Positions 1 to 10,156 of a stretch of 59,690 nt of DNA are shown here, in pieces. Source of the stretch: an uncultured Bacilli bacterium (GTDB lineage: Bacteria; Bacillota_I; Bacilli_A; RF39; UBA660); NCBI GenBank assembly GCA_904374795.1, contig CAJFEV010000001.1, positions 1 to 59,690 of the forward strand, given 5' to 3'. Every line of letters starts with the position of its first letter. Position 1 is the first letter of the stretch. Both the position numbers and the translations under genes were made by a program. The notes below the pieces were generated by a model that saw only the letters and a program-made list of their open reading frames with translations, was not told the DNA's origin and ran no database searches.

Positions 1-333
1 TTCATGGACTTTTTTCAAAAATACGAAAGCATCGAAGAATTAAAAGAAAAGTATAAGGGGAAGGAGAAGTTCAAAGGTATGGTAAAAAAAGTAGAAGAAC
101 TAACTCAAGATGAAAATTTCTTAATGTATTATGATTTAGAAGAAAAACATAAACATGAAAAACAAAGTTCATATGAGTTAGGTGTAGAACATGGCATGGA
201 ACAAGGCATCAAAGAAGGAAGCAAACAAAATTCTATTGAAATTGCTAAGAAATTAAAAGAACTTAATCTTTCAATCGATAAGATTGTTAAAGCAACAGGT
301 TTGAGTGAAGAAGAAATCAAGAATTTACATTGA
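1..333 (+). CDS. Rpn-family (PD-(D/E)XK putative transposase/invertase-like) protein, C-terminal part; 5' end outside the window
   Basis: The frame is open to base 1. The tail EHGMEQGIKEGSKQNSIEIAKKLKELNLSIDKIVKATGLSEEEIKNL matches the characteristic C-terminal tail of Rpn/TIGR01784-type proteins. Confidence 0.45.
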   Translation, partial: FMDFFQKYESIEELKEKYKGKEKFKGMVKKVEELTQDENFLMYYDLEEKHKHEKQSSYELGVEHGMEQGIKEGSKQNSIEIAKKLKELNLSIDKIVKATGLSEEEIKNLH

Positions 334-353
334 TTTCTTTTTTTGTATAAAAA

Positions 354-376
354 AAAGAACTTTTAATTTGTTCTTT
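354..376. terminator. Hairpin between convergent genes (aaagaac-N9-gttcttt), possible bidirectional terminator
   Basis: 7-bp inverted repeat flanked by A/T runs, lying between the stop at 333 (+) and the stop at 375 (-). Confidence 0.3.
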
Positions 377-1166
377 AGGAAACTCCCATACTATTTGTTT
401 CCGGTAGTGTACTTCCTCCATCAAAAACAATTGTCTCTGCTGTGATGTAACTTGATTCTTCACTAGCTAGGAAAGCTGCCAATTCGCCTAGTTCATAAAT
501 CGTTCCCATTCTTTTCATGGGAATTGCATCTGCAATGCCTTTAATTACTGTCTCTGGGTCGGTTGGATTCGTTTGCTTAGCCATGTTTTCAACCATTGGT
601 GTTCTTATATACCCTGGAAGAATCGCATTGACACGGATTCCAGCGCTTACTAAATCGGCAGCAAGTCCTTTTGTAAATCCAATTAAAGCTGCTTTAGTTG
701 TAGCATAAGCACATTCCCCTGGGTCAGCAACTTTAGGTCCTGTTACACTAGATAGATTTACAATACTTCCCTTTTTCATATATGGAAGAACTGCTCTAGT
801 AACATTCCATGTGCCTTTAATATTAATATCAAATTGTTTATCGCGAATTTCATCACTCATGTCTTTAAAAGGCTCTAGAATACATACTCCGGCATTATTG
901 ACTAAAATATCAATATTTCCATGTTTGGTATATACATCATGACAAATTGCTTCCAGCATTTTTTTGTCACGAATATCTACTTCATAACCTAGTATAGTGC
1001 TTTCTGGAAATTCTTTTTCTAAGGCTCCTAAAGTTGTAGCTAGCTCTTTAGCAGCATCTAATATTACTACTTTTGCACCATATTTCAAAAAAACTTTAAC
1101 AATACCTAAGCCATTGCCCATGGCTCCACCTGTAACAACAGCTACTTTATTTTCTAATTTTTTCAT
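375..1166 (-). CDS. SDR-family oxidoreductase (UcpA-like short-chain dehydrogenase)
   Basis: TGGAMGNGLG (TGxxxGxG cofactor motif), NNAG and catalytic YATTKAA (YxxxK). Start moved to MKKLENK (1166), which follows a GGAGAG RBS. Confidence 0.85.
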   Translation of the reverse strand: MKKLENKVAVVTGGAMGNGLGIVKVFLKYGAKVVILDAAKELATTLGALEKEFPESTILGYEVDIRDKKMLEAICHDVYTKHGNIDILVNNAGVCILEPFKDMSDEIRDKQFDINIKGTWNVTRAVLPYMKKGSIVNLSSVTGPKVADPGECAYATTKAALIGFTKGLAADLVSAGIRVNAILPGYIRTPMVENMAKQTNPTDPETVIKGIADAIPMKRMGTIYELGELAAFLASEESSYITAETIVFDGGSTLPETNSMGVS

Positions 1167-1229
1167 AACTCTCTCCATTCTATTTCTATTATAACCTAAA
1201 AAATGGAAACTATCAAAAAAAATTTAGGA

Positions 1230-2639
1230 TTATTTTCCTAAAGTTTCAAGCTCTTGTTTGTTGATAAAATTTGAATGAAGTAGTATCTTTTTTCCTTCTT
1301 TTATTTGATAATCGATTTGTAGAATATCAATTTGATTAAGTAAACCTTTTTCTTCTAGTTCTTCATCGGTTATCTTATAAGTATTCTCGTATGAAGCCAT
1401 ATCATTTGAAAAACTTCGATAGTCAATTAAATATAAACTATATAAATCGTTTTCTTCATCATATTCTATTTTATTTAAAACTGGATAATAAGTAGGACAC
1501 CCTCCATCTGCAGCCATGCCTGTATCATAATATACGTTACCTATTTTTTCTAAAGATGCAAAGTCTTCTTCATTTATTTCTTGATTAAAGAATGTTTTAG
1601 ATTTTTCTTCTAAATATCCTTTTTGAACAAAGACATCTGAGGAAGGTTGGTTTTCTCTTTCCACATATTGAATCTTACTTTCATCTTCTTTAGTAATTAC
1701 CACGAAATCCCTAATAAATGCGAGTCTTGTATTTAAATCTTGAAAATCTAGGGTATGAGTTTCTTTATAGTATATTTTAAAAACAGATGCAAGTAAGGAA
1801 CCGTTCTTTTTTAAGAATTCGATAAGACTTTCCTTATTTTTTAAACTTTCCATAAAATTCGTTCCATCGTTAGTAAAGCCAACGTCTTGATATTCTAAAC
1901 TGTTTACATCTTCACGATAGATGAATTCACTTTTTGTTAAATAGGATTCACCATTTTCTTCTTTTACTTCAATTATTAGTAGATTTGTTTTATCTAATAA
2001 TCCTAAATTTTGAAGTTCTTCATCAGATATTTCGGTTGTATTTGCATAGTTTTCTAAACTTTCTGAAATACTACGGTAATCTACTATATAAATCGTTGTT
2101 GTTTTCGTTGTTTCATCATATACAATTTTATTTAAAACTGGATAGAACATAGGTAATCCACCATCTGGCATCATTTCTGTGTTGTAAAAAGATTCGTCGA
2201 TTTTATTTACTGATGAAAGATCACTTGCGGTAAGATCTATATCGAAAAATTCTTTACTCTTTTCTTTTATATAATTTTCTTCTAAATACGTGTCTAGCAT
2301 AGGTTGCATACCTGTATCGTCTTGTGAACGATATAATTCTTCATTAAGGTCTTTAATTAAAAAATAATCCCGAATGAAAGCTAGTCTAGTTGAAACGTCT
2401 TGAAAATCTAGAGAAACATCATATGGACTATATGTCTTAAAAAGTGTTCCTAGTAAGCAAGTGTTTCCTTTTACAAACTCGATTATTTCTTTTTCATTTT
2501 CCTCTAGTGATGGAACTTCTTGTTCTCCTAACTCTTGTTCTTTTTGATAATTTACATATGTCATCGTACAACCAGTTATAATCACTCCAATTAGAAACAA
2601 ACACCCCAAAATTACTTTCCATGAAAATTTTGGTTTCAT
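1230..2639 (-). CDS. Lipoprotein of unknown function with an internal two-fold domain duplication
   Basis: Lipobox LIGVIITGC. Two ~200-aa repeats share LFKTYSPYDVSLDFQDVSTRLAFIRDY / VFKIYYKETHTLDFQDLNTRLAFIRDF and DGGLPMFYPVLNKIVYDE / DGGCPTYYPVLNKIEYDE. Confidence 0.6.
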   Translation of the reverse strand: MKPKFSWKVILGCLFLIGVIITGCTMTYVNYQKEQELGEQEVPSLEENEKEIIEFVKGNTCLLGTLFKTYSPYDVSLDFQDVSTRLAFIRDYFLIKDLNEELYRSQDDTGMQPMLDTYLEENYIKEKSKEFFDIDLTASDLSSVNKIDESFYNTEMMPDGGLPMFYPVLNKIVYDETTKTTTIYIVDYRSISESLENYANTTEISDEELQNLGLLDKTNLLIIEVKEENGESYLTKSEFIYREDVNSLEYQDVGFTNDGTNFMESLKNKESLIEFLKKNGSLLASVFKIYYKETHTLDFQDLNTRLAFIRDFVVITKEDESKIQYVERENQPSSDVFVQKGYLEEKSKTFFNQEINEEDFASLEKIGNVYYDTGMAADGGCPTYYPVLNKIEYDEENDLYSLYLIDYRSFSNDMASYENTYKITDEELEEKGLLNQIDILQIDYQIKEGKKILLHSNFINKQELETLGK

Positions 2640-2756
2640 ATAAAAACAACTCCTTCTTATTATTATAGTAAGATGCTTCTAATAAAAATACAAGTTCAAA
2701 AAAAGATTTGACAGTATATTAGACAAAAATTATAATGAGTAAAAGGAGTGTTTATT

Positions 2757-3200
2757 ATGTCTTTAGAAATGTATTCTCCCGATAATATTTTGCATCAAGA
2801 TTTTATTAAAGAAATTATGAAAGATGATTCTGTTCAGGATTTTTTAGGAAATATTGATTCTCAAACTTATTTAAAGGATAGCTTTTTATTAAAAAATGAA
2901 ACGGATTATGTTGGTTTTATTACTCATTCTCCAATAGTAGATACAAGAGTTGGGAAAACGGTATCTGTTTACTATGCTATCTCACCAAGGTACCGGCATT
3001 TAGGATATGGAACTGTTATGCTTAATCTCTTTATGGAAACATTTGCTGCCATGTATTCTTTAGATAAATTTATTTTAAACATAAAAAAAGAAAACCTTTC
3101 AAGTCAACAAGTGGCTTTAAAATGTGGTTTTCAATGTATTTATGAAGATGATGAAAATCAAATGTATTGTAAAGATGTTGTACGGGAAAAGAAACTTTAA
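2757..3200 (+). CDS. GNAT-family N-acetyltransferase
   Basis: RYRHLGYG (R/QxxGxG/A acetyl-CoA motif A). An AAGGAG RBS lies 8 nt before the ATG at 2757; the track's GTG at 2748 overlaps that RBS. Confidence 0.55.
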   Translation: MSLEMYSPDNILHQDFIKEIMKDDSVQDFLGNIDSQTYLKDSFLLKNETDYVGFITHSPIVDTRVGKTVSVYYAISPRYRHLGYGTVMLNLFMETFAAMYSLDKFILNIKKENLSSQQVALKCGFQCIYEDDENQMYCKDVVREKKL

Positions 3201-4210
3201 ACTTCCTTACTTCTTAGTTGACCACAAGCTGCTGAAATTTTGCTTCCAAATTCCCGACGCACTGTTACGTTAATTTTTTCTTTTTGTAAAGTTTGATAGA
3301 AGGCATCAATGCTTTTTTTCTCGCTTTTTTTAAACTCAATATGATTGGTTTCGTTATAAGGGATTAAGTTTACATAGACATTCATCCCTCTAAGTAAGGT
3401 AGCAAGTTCATGAGCGTGAGCTATACTGTCATTTACATTTTTCAGTAAGATGTATTCTATAGTTACTCGACGATTTGTTTTTTTAATATATTCTTTAACT
3501 GCTTCAATAACTTCTTTTAAGGGGTACGCCTTATTTATTGGCATGATTTTACTTCTTAATTCATCATTTGGAGCATGCAAGCTAATGGCCAGATTAATTT
3601 GTAAAGGAAACTCACTTAAAAGTTTAATTTTTGGAATAATTCCACATGTAGATAATGTAATATGTCTTGAACCAATAGCGATTCCTTTTGGATGATTGAT
3701 AATCTTTATAAAATCAATAACATTTTCATAGTTATCTAAAGGTTCTCCTATCCCCATGATTACTACGGAGCTAATTCTTTCCTTAATCTCTTTTTCGATT
3801 GCTAAAATTTGTCCGACCATTTCATAAGTTTCTAAATTTCGTACTTTTTTTAATCTTCCGGATTCACAAAATTTACATCCCATATTGCATCCTACTTGAG
3901 AGGATACACAGACACTTAATCCATAATTATGACGCATTAAAACTGTTTCAATTTTTTCGTCATCAGAAAGATTAAATAAAAATTTTTCAACATCAATATC
4001 TATTTCTCTTTTTATAATTTTTGGAATATCCATTTTAAAATCCTGTTCTAGTTGGGTTCTGATTTCTTTTTTTATATTTGAAAAATTTTCAATCTTTTCT
4101 TCTCTTTTTTGATAAATCCATTCAAAAACTTGAGTGGCTTTAAATTTTTTTTCACCAATGCTTTCAAAATATTTTTCTAAATTTTCTAAGGTCTGTCCGT
4201 AAAGATTCAT
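3197..4210 (-). CDS. rlmN: 23S rRNA/tRNA (adenine-C2)-methyltransferase RlmN (radical SAM)
   Basis: CNMGCKFCESG (CxxxCxxC), GIGEPLDNY, and a C-terminal SAACGQL. Start at MNLYGQT (4210), which follows GAAAGGGAAG. Confidence 0.9.
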   Translation of the reverse strand: MNLYGQTLENLEKYFESIGEKKFKATQVFEWIYQKREEKIENFSNIKKEIRTQLEQDFKMDIPKIIKREIDIDVEKFLFNLSDDEKIETVLMRHNYGLSVCVSSQVGCNMGCKFCESGRLKKVRNLETYEMVGQILAIEKEIKERISSVVIMGIGEPLDNYENVIDFIKIINHPKGIAIGSRHITLSTCGIIPKIKLLSEFPLQINLAISLHAPNDELRSKIMPINKAYPLKEVIEAVKEYIKKTNRRVTIEYILLKNVNDSIAHAHELATLLRGMNVYVNLIPYNETNHIEFKKSEKKSIDAFYQTLQKEKINVTVRREFGSKISAACGQLRSKEV

Positions 4211-4268
4211 TTCATTCACTTCCCTTTCTTCTATTAAAACACGAAAAAACAAAAGAAACAATCTTTTG

Positions 4269-5135
4269 TTATCTATACCTTTTTAAATATTTTACAATTT
4301 GAGAAAGTGAATCTAAAACTTCGTAGCTTTCTGATTTTTTTCTCTTTTCATATTCTTCAATAAGCATTTTACTCGTAGAAATCAACTGTTTTTTACTGTA
4401 TAAAGCTAAAATTTCAGGGTCACATGTATGTCTACTAATAACATATAAATCGTTATTTTGTAAAACTTGATCTTCTTTTACTAAATATTTTTCTCTAGAA
4501 TTTTGATAAATAAAAAAAGCACTAACTAACATTGAATATGTATCATAAGAGTATCCTTTAACCAAAGAATTTTCAAGAAGTTCATTTATATTTTTATAGT
4601 CTTTCACACTTTCATATAAAGCCAAACTATATAAGGCACTATTTTCATCTTTAAAATATTCATTTGATGCTGAATCATTTATAACTTTTTTATTTAAATA
4701 TAGAAGTTCGATCCATTTTTCTTCTAAACGGGCACGCGTAAGATCAGCGTTCAGTCCTGTAGGATTTCTTAATACTACTTCTAAATCTTTATTAATTTGT
4801 TGATAAATTTTTATGAATTTTTCATAAATATTTTTTCCTATTTTTTTATTTCCATGTTCATATATTTTTTGAAAAATTCTATCTATTATTTGCTCAATAT
4901 TTCCTAATGATTCGCTTAAAAAATTAAGTTGATTATAAACCTGTTCAAAAGCTTTTACTTCTCTTTTCATTTCACCATATAGTTGAGGGTGTTGAAGACG
5001 TGAAAAAACTCCTATTAAACTTATAGGATACTTTTCGTAATATATTTCTTTTATATTGGAGCAATTTTCTGCAGCAATATTTTTTCTTATTAAAGTAGAT
5101 TGATATAATTTTTTAATTTCTTCAAAACTTTTCAT
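4269..5135 (-). CDS. Hypothetical protein (helical, no recognised motif)
   Basis: Long ORF with a GGGAGG RBS. It occupies the slot between fmt and rlmN where rsmB is usually found. Confidence 0.5.
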   Translation of the reverse strand: MKSFEEIKKLYQSTLIRKNIAAENCSNIKEIYYEKYPISLIGVFSRLQHPQLYGEMKREVKAFEQVYNQLNFLSESLGNIEQIIDRIFQKIYEHGNKKIGKNIYEKFIKIYQQINKDLEVVLRNPTGLNADLTRARLEEKWIELLYLNKKVINDSASNEYFKDENSALYSLALYESVKDYKNINELLENSLVKGYSYDTYSMLVSAFFIYQNSREKYLVKEDQVLQNNDLYVISRHTCDPEILALYSKKQLISTSKMLIEEYEKRKKSESYEVLDSLSQIVKYLKRYR

Positions 5136-5233
5136 TTTTATAAACCTCCCTTAATTTTTAAATGTGATTTGGTGACAAAAAAGATACTTTTGTATGTTTA
5201 GTTAAAAAAAGAAGAAAAGAAAATTTATCTTTT

Positions 5234-6166
5234 TTAAGATATTTGCCATTTTTCGATTTCTTCTTTTTTTGTACCATTTAGAAAATCTTTAACATTCATT
5301 ATTTTCTTGCCAAAAGGTTTTATAACTTTTATATAAATTATTCCATCTTGGCACTCTATTCCTATTGCATCTTTAGTTATTTCGTTTATTTTATAGGGAA
5401 CGGTATTTTCTTTTTTTGAAAAATCCGCTTCTAAAATTTTATACTCTTCATCGTTTACTAAAATGTTTGCCATTGGCCAGGGATTAAGACCTCGAATTTT
5501 ATTCAAGATATTTTTTCCTAAATCATTAAAGTCTACATGTTCTTCTTCTCTTTTGATATTGTAGCCAAAAGTCACTTTGCTTTCATCTTGAACTATTCGA
5601 TTATTTGTACCCGCTATAATGCTTGGTAATGTCTTTATAAGTAAATCGGCTCCAATACGGGATAATTTTTCATGTAAAGTTCCGACATTATCTTCCGGTA
5701 AAATTAAATACTCTTCTTGAGCAATAATATCTCCAGCATCCATTTTTTCAGCCATGTACATAATGCTAACACCCGTTTTTTCTTCCCCATTAATAAGGCA
5801 CCAGTGGATTGGCGCGCCTCCACGATATTTTGGAAGTAAAGATGCGTGAACATTGATGCATCCCAGACGCGGATATTCTAATATTTCTTTAGGAATAATT
5901 TGACCATAGGCACAAGTAATCAAAATATCACAAGGCGTTTGTAATACTTGTTCAAAATCTTTTCGGATTTTTTCTGGTTGAAAAACAGGGATGTTATTTT
6001 CCATAGCTATTTTTTTTACAGGACTTGGAGTTAACACGTGCTTTCTTCCAACTGGCTTATCAGGCTGAGTCACTACTAAAACCACTTGAGTATTTTCCAG
6101 TAATTTTTCTAGAACAGGAACAGAAAACTTCGGTGTTCCCATAAAAATAACTTTTAAATCTTTCAT
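5234..6166 (-). CDS. fmt: Methionyl-tRNA formyltransferase
   Basis: VIFMGTPKFSVPVLEKL, HASLLPKYRGGAPIHW, and a C-terminal Fmt domain. Start at MKDLKV (6166), which follows AAGGAGA. Confidence 0.9.
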   Translation of the reverse strand: MKDLKVIFMGTPKFSVPVLEKLLENTQVVLVVTQPDKPVGRKHVLTPSPVKKIAMENNIPVFQPEKIRKDFEQVLQTPCDILITCAYGQIIPKEILEYPRLGCINVHASLLPKYRGGAPIHWCLINGEEKTGVSIMYMAEKMDAGDIIAQEEYLILPEDNVGTLHEKLSRIGADLLIKTLPSIIAGTNNRIVQDESKVTFGYNIKREEEHVDFNDLGKNILNKIRGLNPWPMANILVNDEEYKILEADFSKKENTVPYKINEITKDAIGIECQDGIIYIKVIKPFGKKIMNVKDFLNGTKKEEIEKWQIS

Positions 6167-6167
6167 G

Positions 6168-6905
6168 TTATCTCCTTCTTGATAATGTATTTTCTTTTTT
6201 TTCAAGTTCATTTAAACAATCTTTCAATTCATCAACACTAATCTTTTCTTGAGTAGGGTCTAAATCAAAGAGTTCTGTCCAGTCTTGATATCTTATATAT
6301 TGTTTGTCAAACTCTCCTAAGCTTGCATTCTCTATGCTATATTCTAAATTGCCATCAACATAGTCTTGGAAATTCACATAAATACTTTCTGTTTTTACGT
6401 CTTTATAAACCATTTTTAAAAAAGCATCATCTGAAACATTTGTAACTGAAATAAACATTTCTTTATCTAATTTTGTTACAGCTTCTAAGCTACTTTCGTC
6501 AACTTCATTTCCGTATTTATCATAATAATACATTTTATGAATGGTTGGAATATTTTTGTTAACAAAAAAGTATCTACTTTCTTCTGTTTCTAATTCACCT
6601 TTTTTTTCAATCAACCATAAAGAATCTTTTTTAAACATATTTGTTGATGAGATTTGCTCTTTTATTGGGTCAATAACATTTTCGTTTATTTTTTCATCAG
6701 CTTCTCGACTGAAGTCTACTAACCCATTCCAAATCTCTGATGCTTTTTCTTTAGCTTTCTCTTTGTTTTCATCTGTTGTAAGTTCATCCCACCATTCAGA
6801 TACTTTCGTAGTTAAGCCTGTTTCTTCAGCTTTTACAACAGTTGGTGAAGAGGCAGCAATCGCCACTCCTAAAAGAACTCCTCGCATTACATGAAATTTT
6901 TTCAT
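6168..6905 (-). CDS. Secreted hypothetical protein
   Basis: N-terminal signal peptide MKKFHVMRGVLLGVAIAASSPTVVKAEE. It lies between priA and fmt, where def is usually found. Confidence 0.5.
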   Translation of the reverse strand: MKKFHVMRGVLLGVAIAASSPTVVKAEETGLTTKVSEWWDELTTDENKEKAKEKASEIWNGLVDFSREADEKINENVIDPIKEQISSTNMFKKDSLWLIEKKGELETEESRYFFVNKNIPTIHKMYYYDKYGNEVDESSLEAVTKLDKEMFISVTNVSDDAFLKMVYKDVKTESIYVNFQDYVDGNLEYSIENASLGEFDKQYIRYQDWTELFDLDPTQEKISVDELKDCLNELEKKENTLSRRR

Positions 6906-6920
6906 TAATCATCCCTCTTT

Positions 6921-9098
6921 CTAATAATGAAAATCAATATCCATCGTTACTTTTTTATTTAAAAGAACTAGTTCATCTAACTCTTTTATTGTATTTATTA
7001 GTTTATCATCAAAACGATATTTTATCAAGATTTCAAAATGATACACCCCGTTTACCAAGAACATATTTGCTGTTGTCGGTCCTAAAATAATTGTTTCTTT
7101 CGCTTTGTTTTTCTCTAAGAAATCTTTTGCTTTATTTGACTCAGTGCTCACAGCTGAGTAATCTCTACCTTTAAATGTGAGTAAAATAAGATAGTAAAAT
7201 GGTGGATATTTTAATGTTTTTCGAATATTCATTTCGTATTGATAAAATTTTGCATATGTATGATTTTTTACACATTGCAAGATATAATTTTCTGGTTGAA
7301 AGGTTTGAATAATCACTAAACCTTTTTTACTTCCTCTTCCTGCTCTTCCACTGGCTTGTGAAAGAAGAGCATATGTATTTTCATTGCTTTTGTAATCAGG
7401 AATTTGTAAAGATGCATCAGCGTCTAATATCCCAACTAAGGTTACGTCTGGAAAGTCAAGTCCTTTACTAATCATTTGTGTTCCAAGCAAAATGTCATAT
7501 TTATGATTTTGAAAATCCGTTGTAATTTTCTCATGCATTCCTTTATTTGCTGTACTATCTCTATCCATCCGAACAATTCTTGCTGTTGGAAAAACATTTT
7601 CTAAATACTCTTCTAATTTTTCTGTTCCTAAACCATAGTAGTTTAAAGATTTTTCATGACAATTTGGACAGAAATCATCTATATATTTTGTGTATCCACA
7701 GTAATGGCAACGTAAGTTTTTGCTACTTTTATGATAAGTTAGAGAAATTTCACAATGAGGACATCGATAGGTAAAGCCACAGTTAGAGCAAGTAATTGTT
7801 GTTGAGTGTCCTCTTCGATTTAATAACAACATAATTTGTTCTTTTTTATTTATTTTTTCAATAATTGCGCATTCTAGTTCTCTACTTATTATAGGATGTC
7901 TTGCTTTTACTTCTTCTGCCATATCTACTAAAATACAATCTGGTAAAATCGCTTCGTTTGCTCTTTTTTTCAAAGGTAAATAGGTATAGATTTTTTTACC
8001 TGCTCGGGCCATTGAATCTAGTGTGGGAGTGGCACTTCCAAGTATTAAAGGACAATGGTAAGTTTCACTTCGTTTTTTTAAAACATCTAATGCATGATAT
8101 CTTGGCTGATTTTCTTGTTTATACGATTCTGAGTGCTCTTCATCCATAATGAGAATGCCTAAATTTTTAAAAGGGGCAAAAGAGGCACTACGCGCTCCTA
8201 TACATATATGTACCTCTCCCCTTAATATTTTACGCCATTCATCATATTTTTCTCCATCAGATAATCCACTATGTAAAACAGCTAAATCATCTGGAAATCT
8301 TTTGGCAAAGCGTTCAACTAACTGGGGAGTTAAACTGATTTCTGGAACTAACACAAGGGCTTCTTTTCCCATTTTTAAAACTTCTTCAATCACTTGTAAA
8401 TAAATTTCTGTTTTTCCAGAGCCAGTTACTCCATGTAATAAAAATATTTCATTTTTTCCTAAACTATGCACAATCTTTTCATAAGCATTTTGTTGTTCTT
8501 CATTCAACGTTTTCGCGTGTTCTTTTTCTTTATAAGAAAGATTATAGCGATAAACTTCTCTTGCTTCTTCGACAAGTATCCCTTTTTTTAGAAGTGTTTT
8601 CACAGCTGATGCACTTACTTGATTGGCTTTGGATTTTAAAACTTCCATATTTTCTTTAAACAAAAGAAGAACATCTTTTTGAGAAGCTGTAGTCACTTGG
8701 CTCAAAAGTTCGTCTATTTCTCCAGTTAATTTTATATAAATTTGTTCTTTTTTATTTATGTGAGATTTTTTACTAGCCTTTAGTGCTTTTGGAAGAATGG
8801 TGCTATAACACGAGCTTAAACTGCTAAGTGTTTTTTCTTGTAAGAACTTTCCTAATTCCAACATTTCTTCATTTAAAACAGGTTCATCATCTAATACGGC
8901 AAGCAAATCCTTGGTTTCTATATCTACTTTATCTTTCAAAGATAAAACATAGCCCTCAACTTCTTGACGACCAAATAAAACCAAAACTCTTTTCCCAACA
9001 CAAACATCATCTTTTAAAGAATCTGGAATATGATAAGTAAAAGTTTTATCAATATGTTTACTACGAATTTCAACTAACACATCTGCATACATTTTCAT
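6921..9098 (-). CDS. priA: Primosomal protein N' (replication restart helicase PriA)
   Basis: Walker A GVTGSGKTE, DEEH box (IMDEEH), Cys-rich zinc module CSNCGF..CPHC..CHYCGY..CPNC, and QASGRAGRG. The start is probably MKMYADV (9098). Confidence 0.9.
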   Translation of the reverse strand: MKMYADVLVEIRSKHIDKTFTYHIPDSLKDDVCVGKRVLVLFGRQEVEGYVLSLKDKVDIETKDLLAVLDDEPVLNEEMLELGKFLQEKTLSSLSSCYSTILPKALKASKKSHINKKEQIYIKLTGEIDELLSQVTTASQKDVLLLFKENMEVLKSKANQVSASAVKTLLKKGILVEEAREVYRYNLSYKEKEHAKTLNEEQQNAYEKIVHSLGKNEIFLLHGVTGSGKTEIYLQVIEEVLKMGKEALVLVPEISLTPQLVERFAKRFPDDLAVLHSGLSDGEKYDEWRKILRGEVHICIGARSASFAPFKNLGILIMDEEHSESYKQENQPRYHALDVLKKRSETYHCPLILGSATPTLDSMARAGKKIYTYLPLKKRANEAILPDCILVDMAEEVKARHPIISRELECAIIEKINKKEQIMLLLNRRGHSTTITCSNCGFTYRCPHCEISLTYHKSSKNLRCHYCGYTKYIDDFCPNCHEKSLNYYGLGTEKLEEYLENVFPTARIVRMDRDSTANKGMHEKITTDFQNHKYDILLGTQMISKGLDFPDVTLVGILDADASLQIPDYKSNENTYALLSQASGRAGRGSKKGLVIIQTFQPENYILQCVKNHTYAKFYQYEMNIRKTLKYPPFYYLILLTFKGRDYSAVSTESNKAKDFLEKNKAKETIILGPTTANMFLVNGVYHFEILIKYRFDDKLINTIKELDELVLLNKKVTMDIDFHY

Positions 9099-9336
9099 CA
9101 CTAAAGGTAGTATACTACAAATTGAAAAAAGTTGCATTAAGAACAAATCCATTATACTCTTTTATTTTTTCTTTTCTAAAAAAACATATAATTTATGAAT
9201 TAAAAAAAGACATTTAAGTCTAAAACTCAAATATCTAAATACAGTTTAAATGATTTATCTTCTTTTTCAGTTGCTATAGAATTACCTTCTAAGTATCATA
9301 ATTTGTCTGATAATAAAAGTTCTATCTTTTTAAAAT

Positions 9337-10032
9337 TTAGATAATCAAAAATTCAATTATATCATCTTCAATCTTAACAGTAACACTGTAATAGTGTGGA
9401 TTGAGATTTATAAGAGCATTATAATTAGAATTAATAAACTCAATTGTACTATCTGTTTCTTGAAAATCCGTTTTTTCTTTTTCTGTTCCTGAAAAATCAT
9501 AGACTGAAAGTACACGCATATCCCTTTTCTTTTTTAATATATATGTTTCAAATTGATTAGGAACTGGTAACGCTATTAGTGTTTTATATACCTTTACATA
9601 TTCAATAGGACTTATCATATTTTCATAAGTCTGATTTTGGATTTGTAATGGAATAACTCCTATTATAGTTCCTTTATCCATGTCCAAATAATTGATATAA
9701 TTTTTCATAGACATATTATCATATATTTTTTCTTTTATAAATTCTTTCTTTTTCTCTTCATTTTCAAAATTCTTATAAATTTTAGTTACCGTATAATTTT
9801 CGTTTTTCTGATAACCTTCTACTTCAATTACTTCCTGTTCTTCTATCAAGTTTGAATGAATAACAACCTTCTTACCATTATCTAGTAAAGCTAATGAATT
9901 ATCAAAATCAGATACTTCAATTACTTTTGCCGTTCCTGTGAAAAATTTTTCTGCATTTTTATTTATGAAAAAATATATACATCCAAATACTATTATTAAT
10001 CCAAAAATTAAAAAAGAAATTTTTTTACTCAT
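9337..10032 (-). CDS. Membrane-anchored hypothetical protein
   Basis: N-terminal TM segment ISFLIFGLIIVFGCIYFFI. No catalytic motif. Confidence 0.5.
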   Translation of the reverse strand: MSKKISFLIFGLIIVFGCIYFFINKNAEKFFTGTAKVIEVSDFDNSLALLDNGKKVVIHSNLIEEQEVIEVEGYQKNENYTVTKIYKNFENEEKKKEFIKEKIYDNMSMKNYINYLDMDKGTIIGVIPLQIQNQTYENMISPIEYVKVYKTLIALPVPNQFETYILKKKRDMRVLSVYDFSGTEKEKTDFQETDSTIEFINSNYNALINLNPHYYSVTVKIEDDIIEFLII

Positions 10033-10156
10033 AACAACATTTTTCTCCTTTTAAATCACCAATTTTTTTCACTCATAGCATAATTGTTCATAGCTTTTCC
10101 AGTTACTTCTAACACATATTCTAGTTTTTCTGTATTATAATCAAATTGTATATTTT

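Noticed and set aside
129-9040. Numerous 60-117-aa ORFs on the strand opposite to long genes (e.g. 129-320, 517-708, 997-1194, 1934-2152, 3450-3695, 6541-6894, 7547-9040)
   Set aside because: These are shadow ORFs fully embedded antisense to motif-bearing genes. They have no RBS and a skewed composition. The same applies to the analogous antisense ORFs throughout the ICE.
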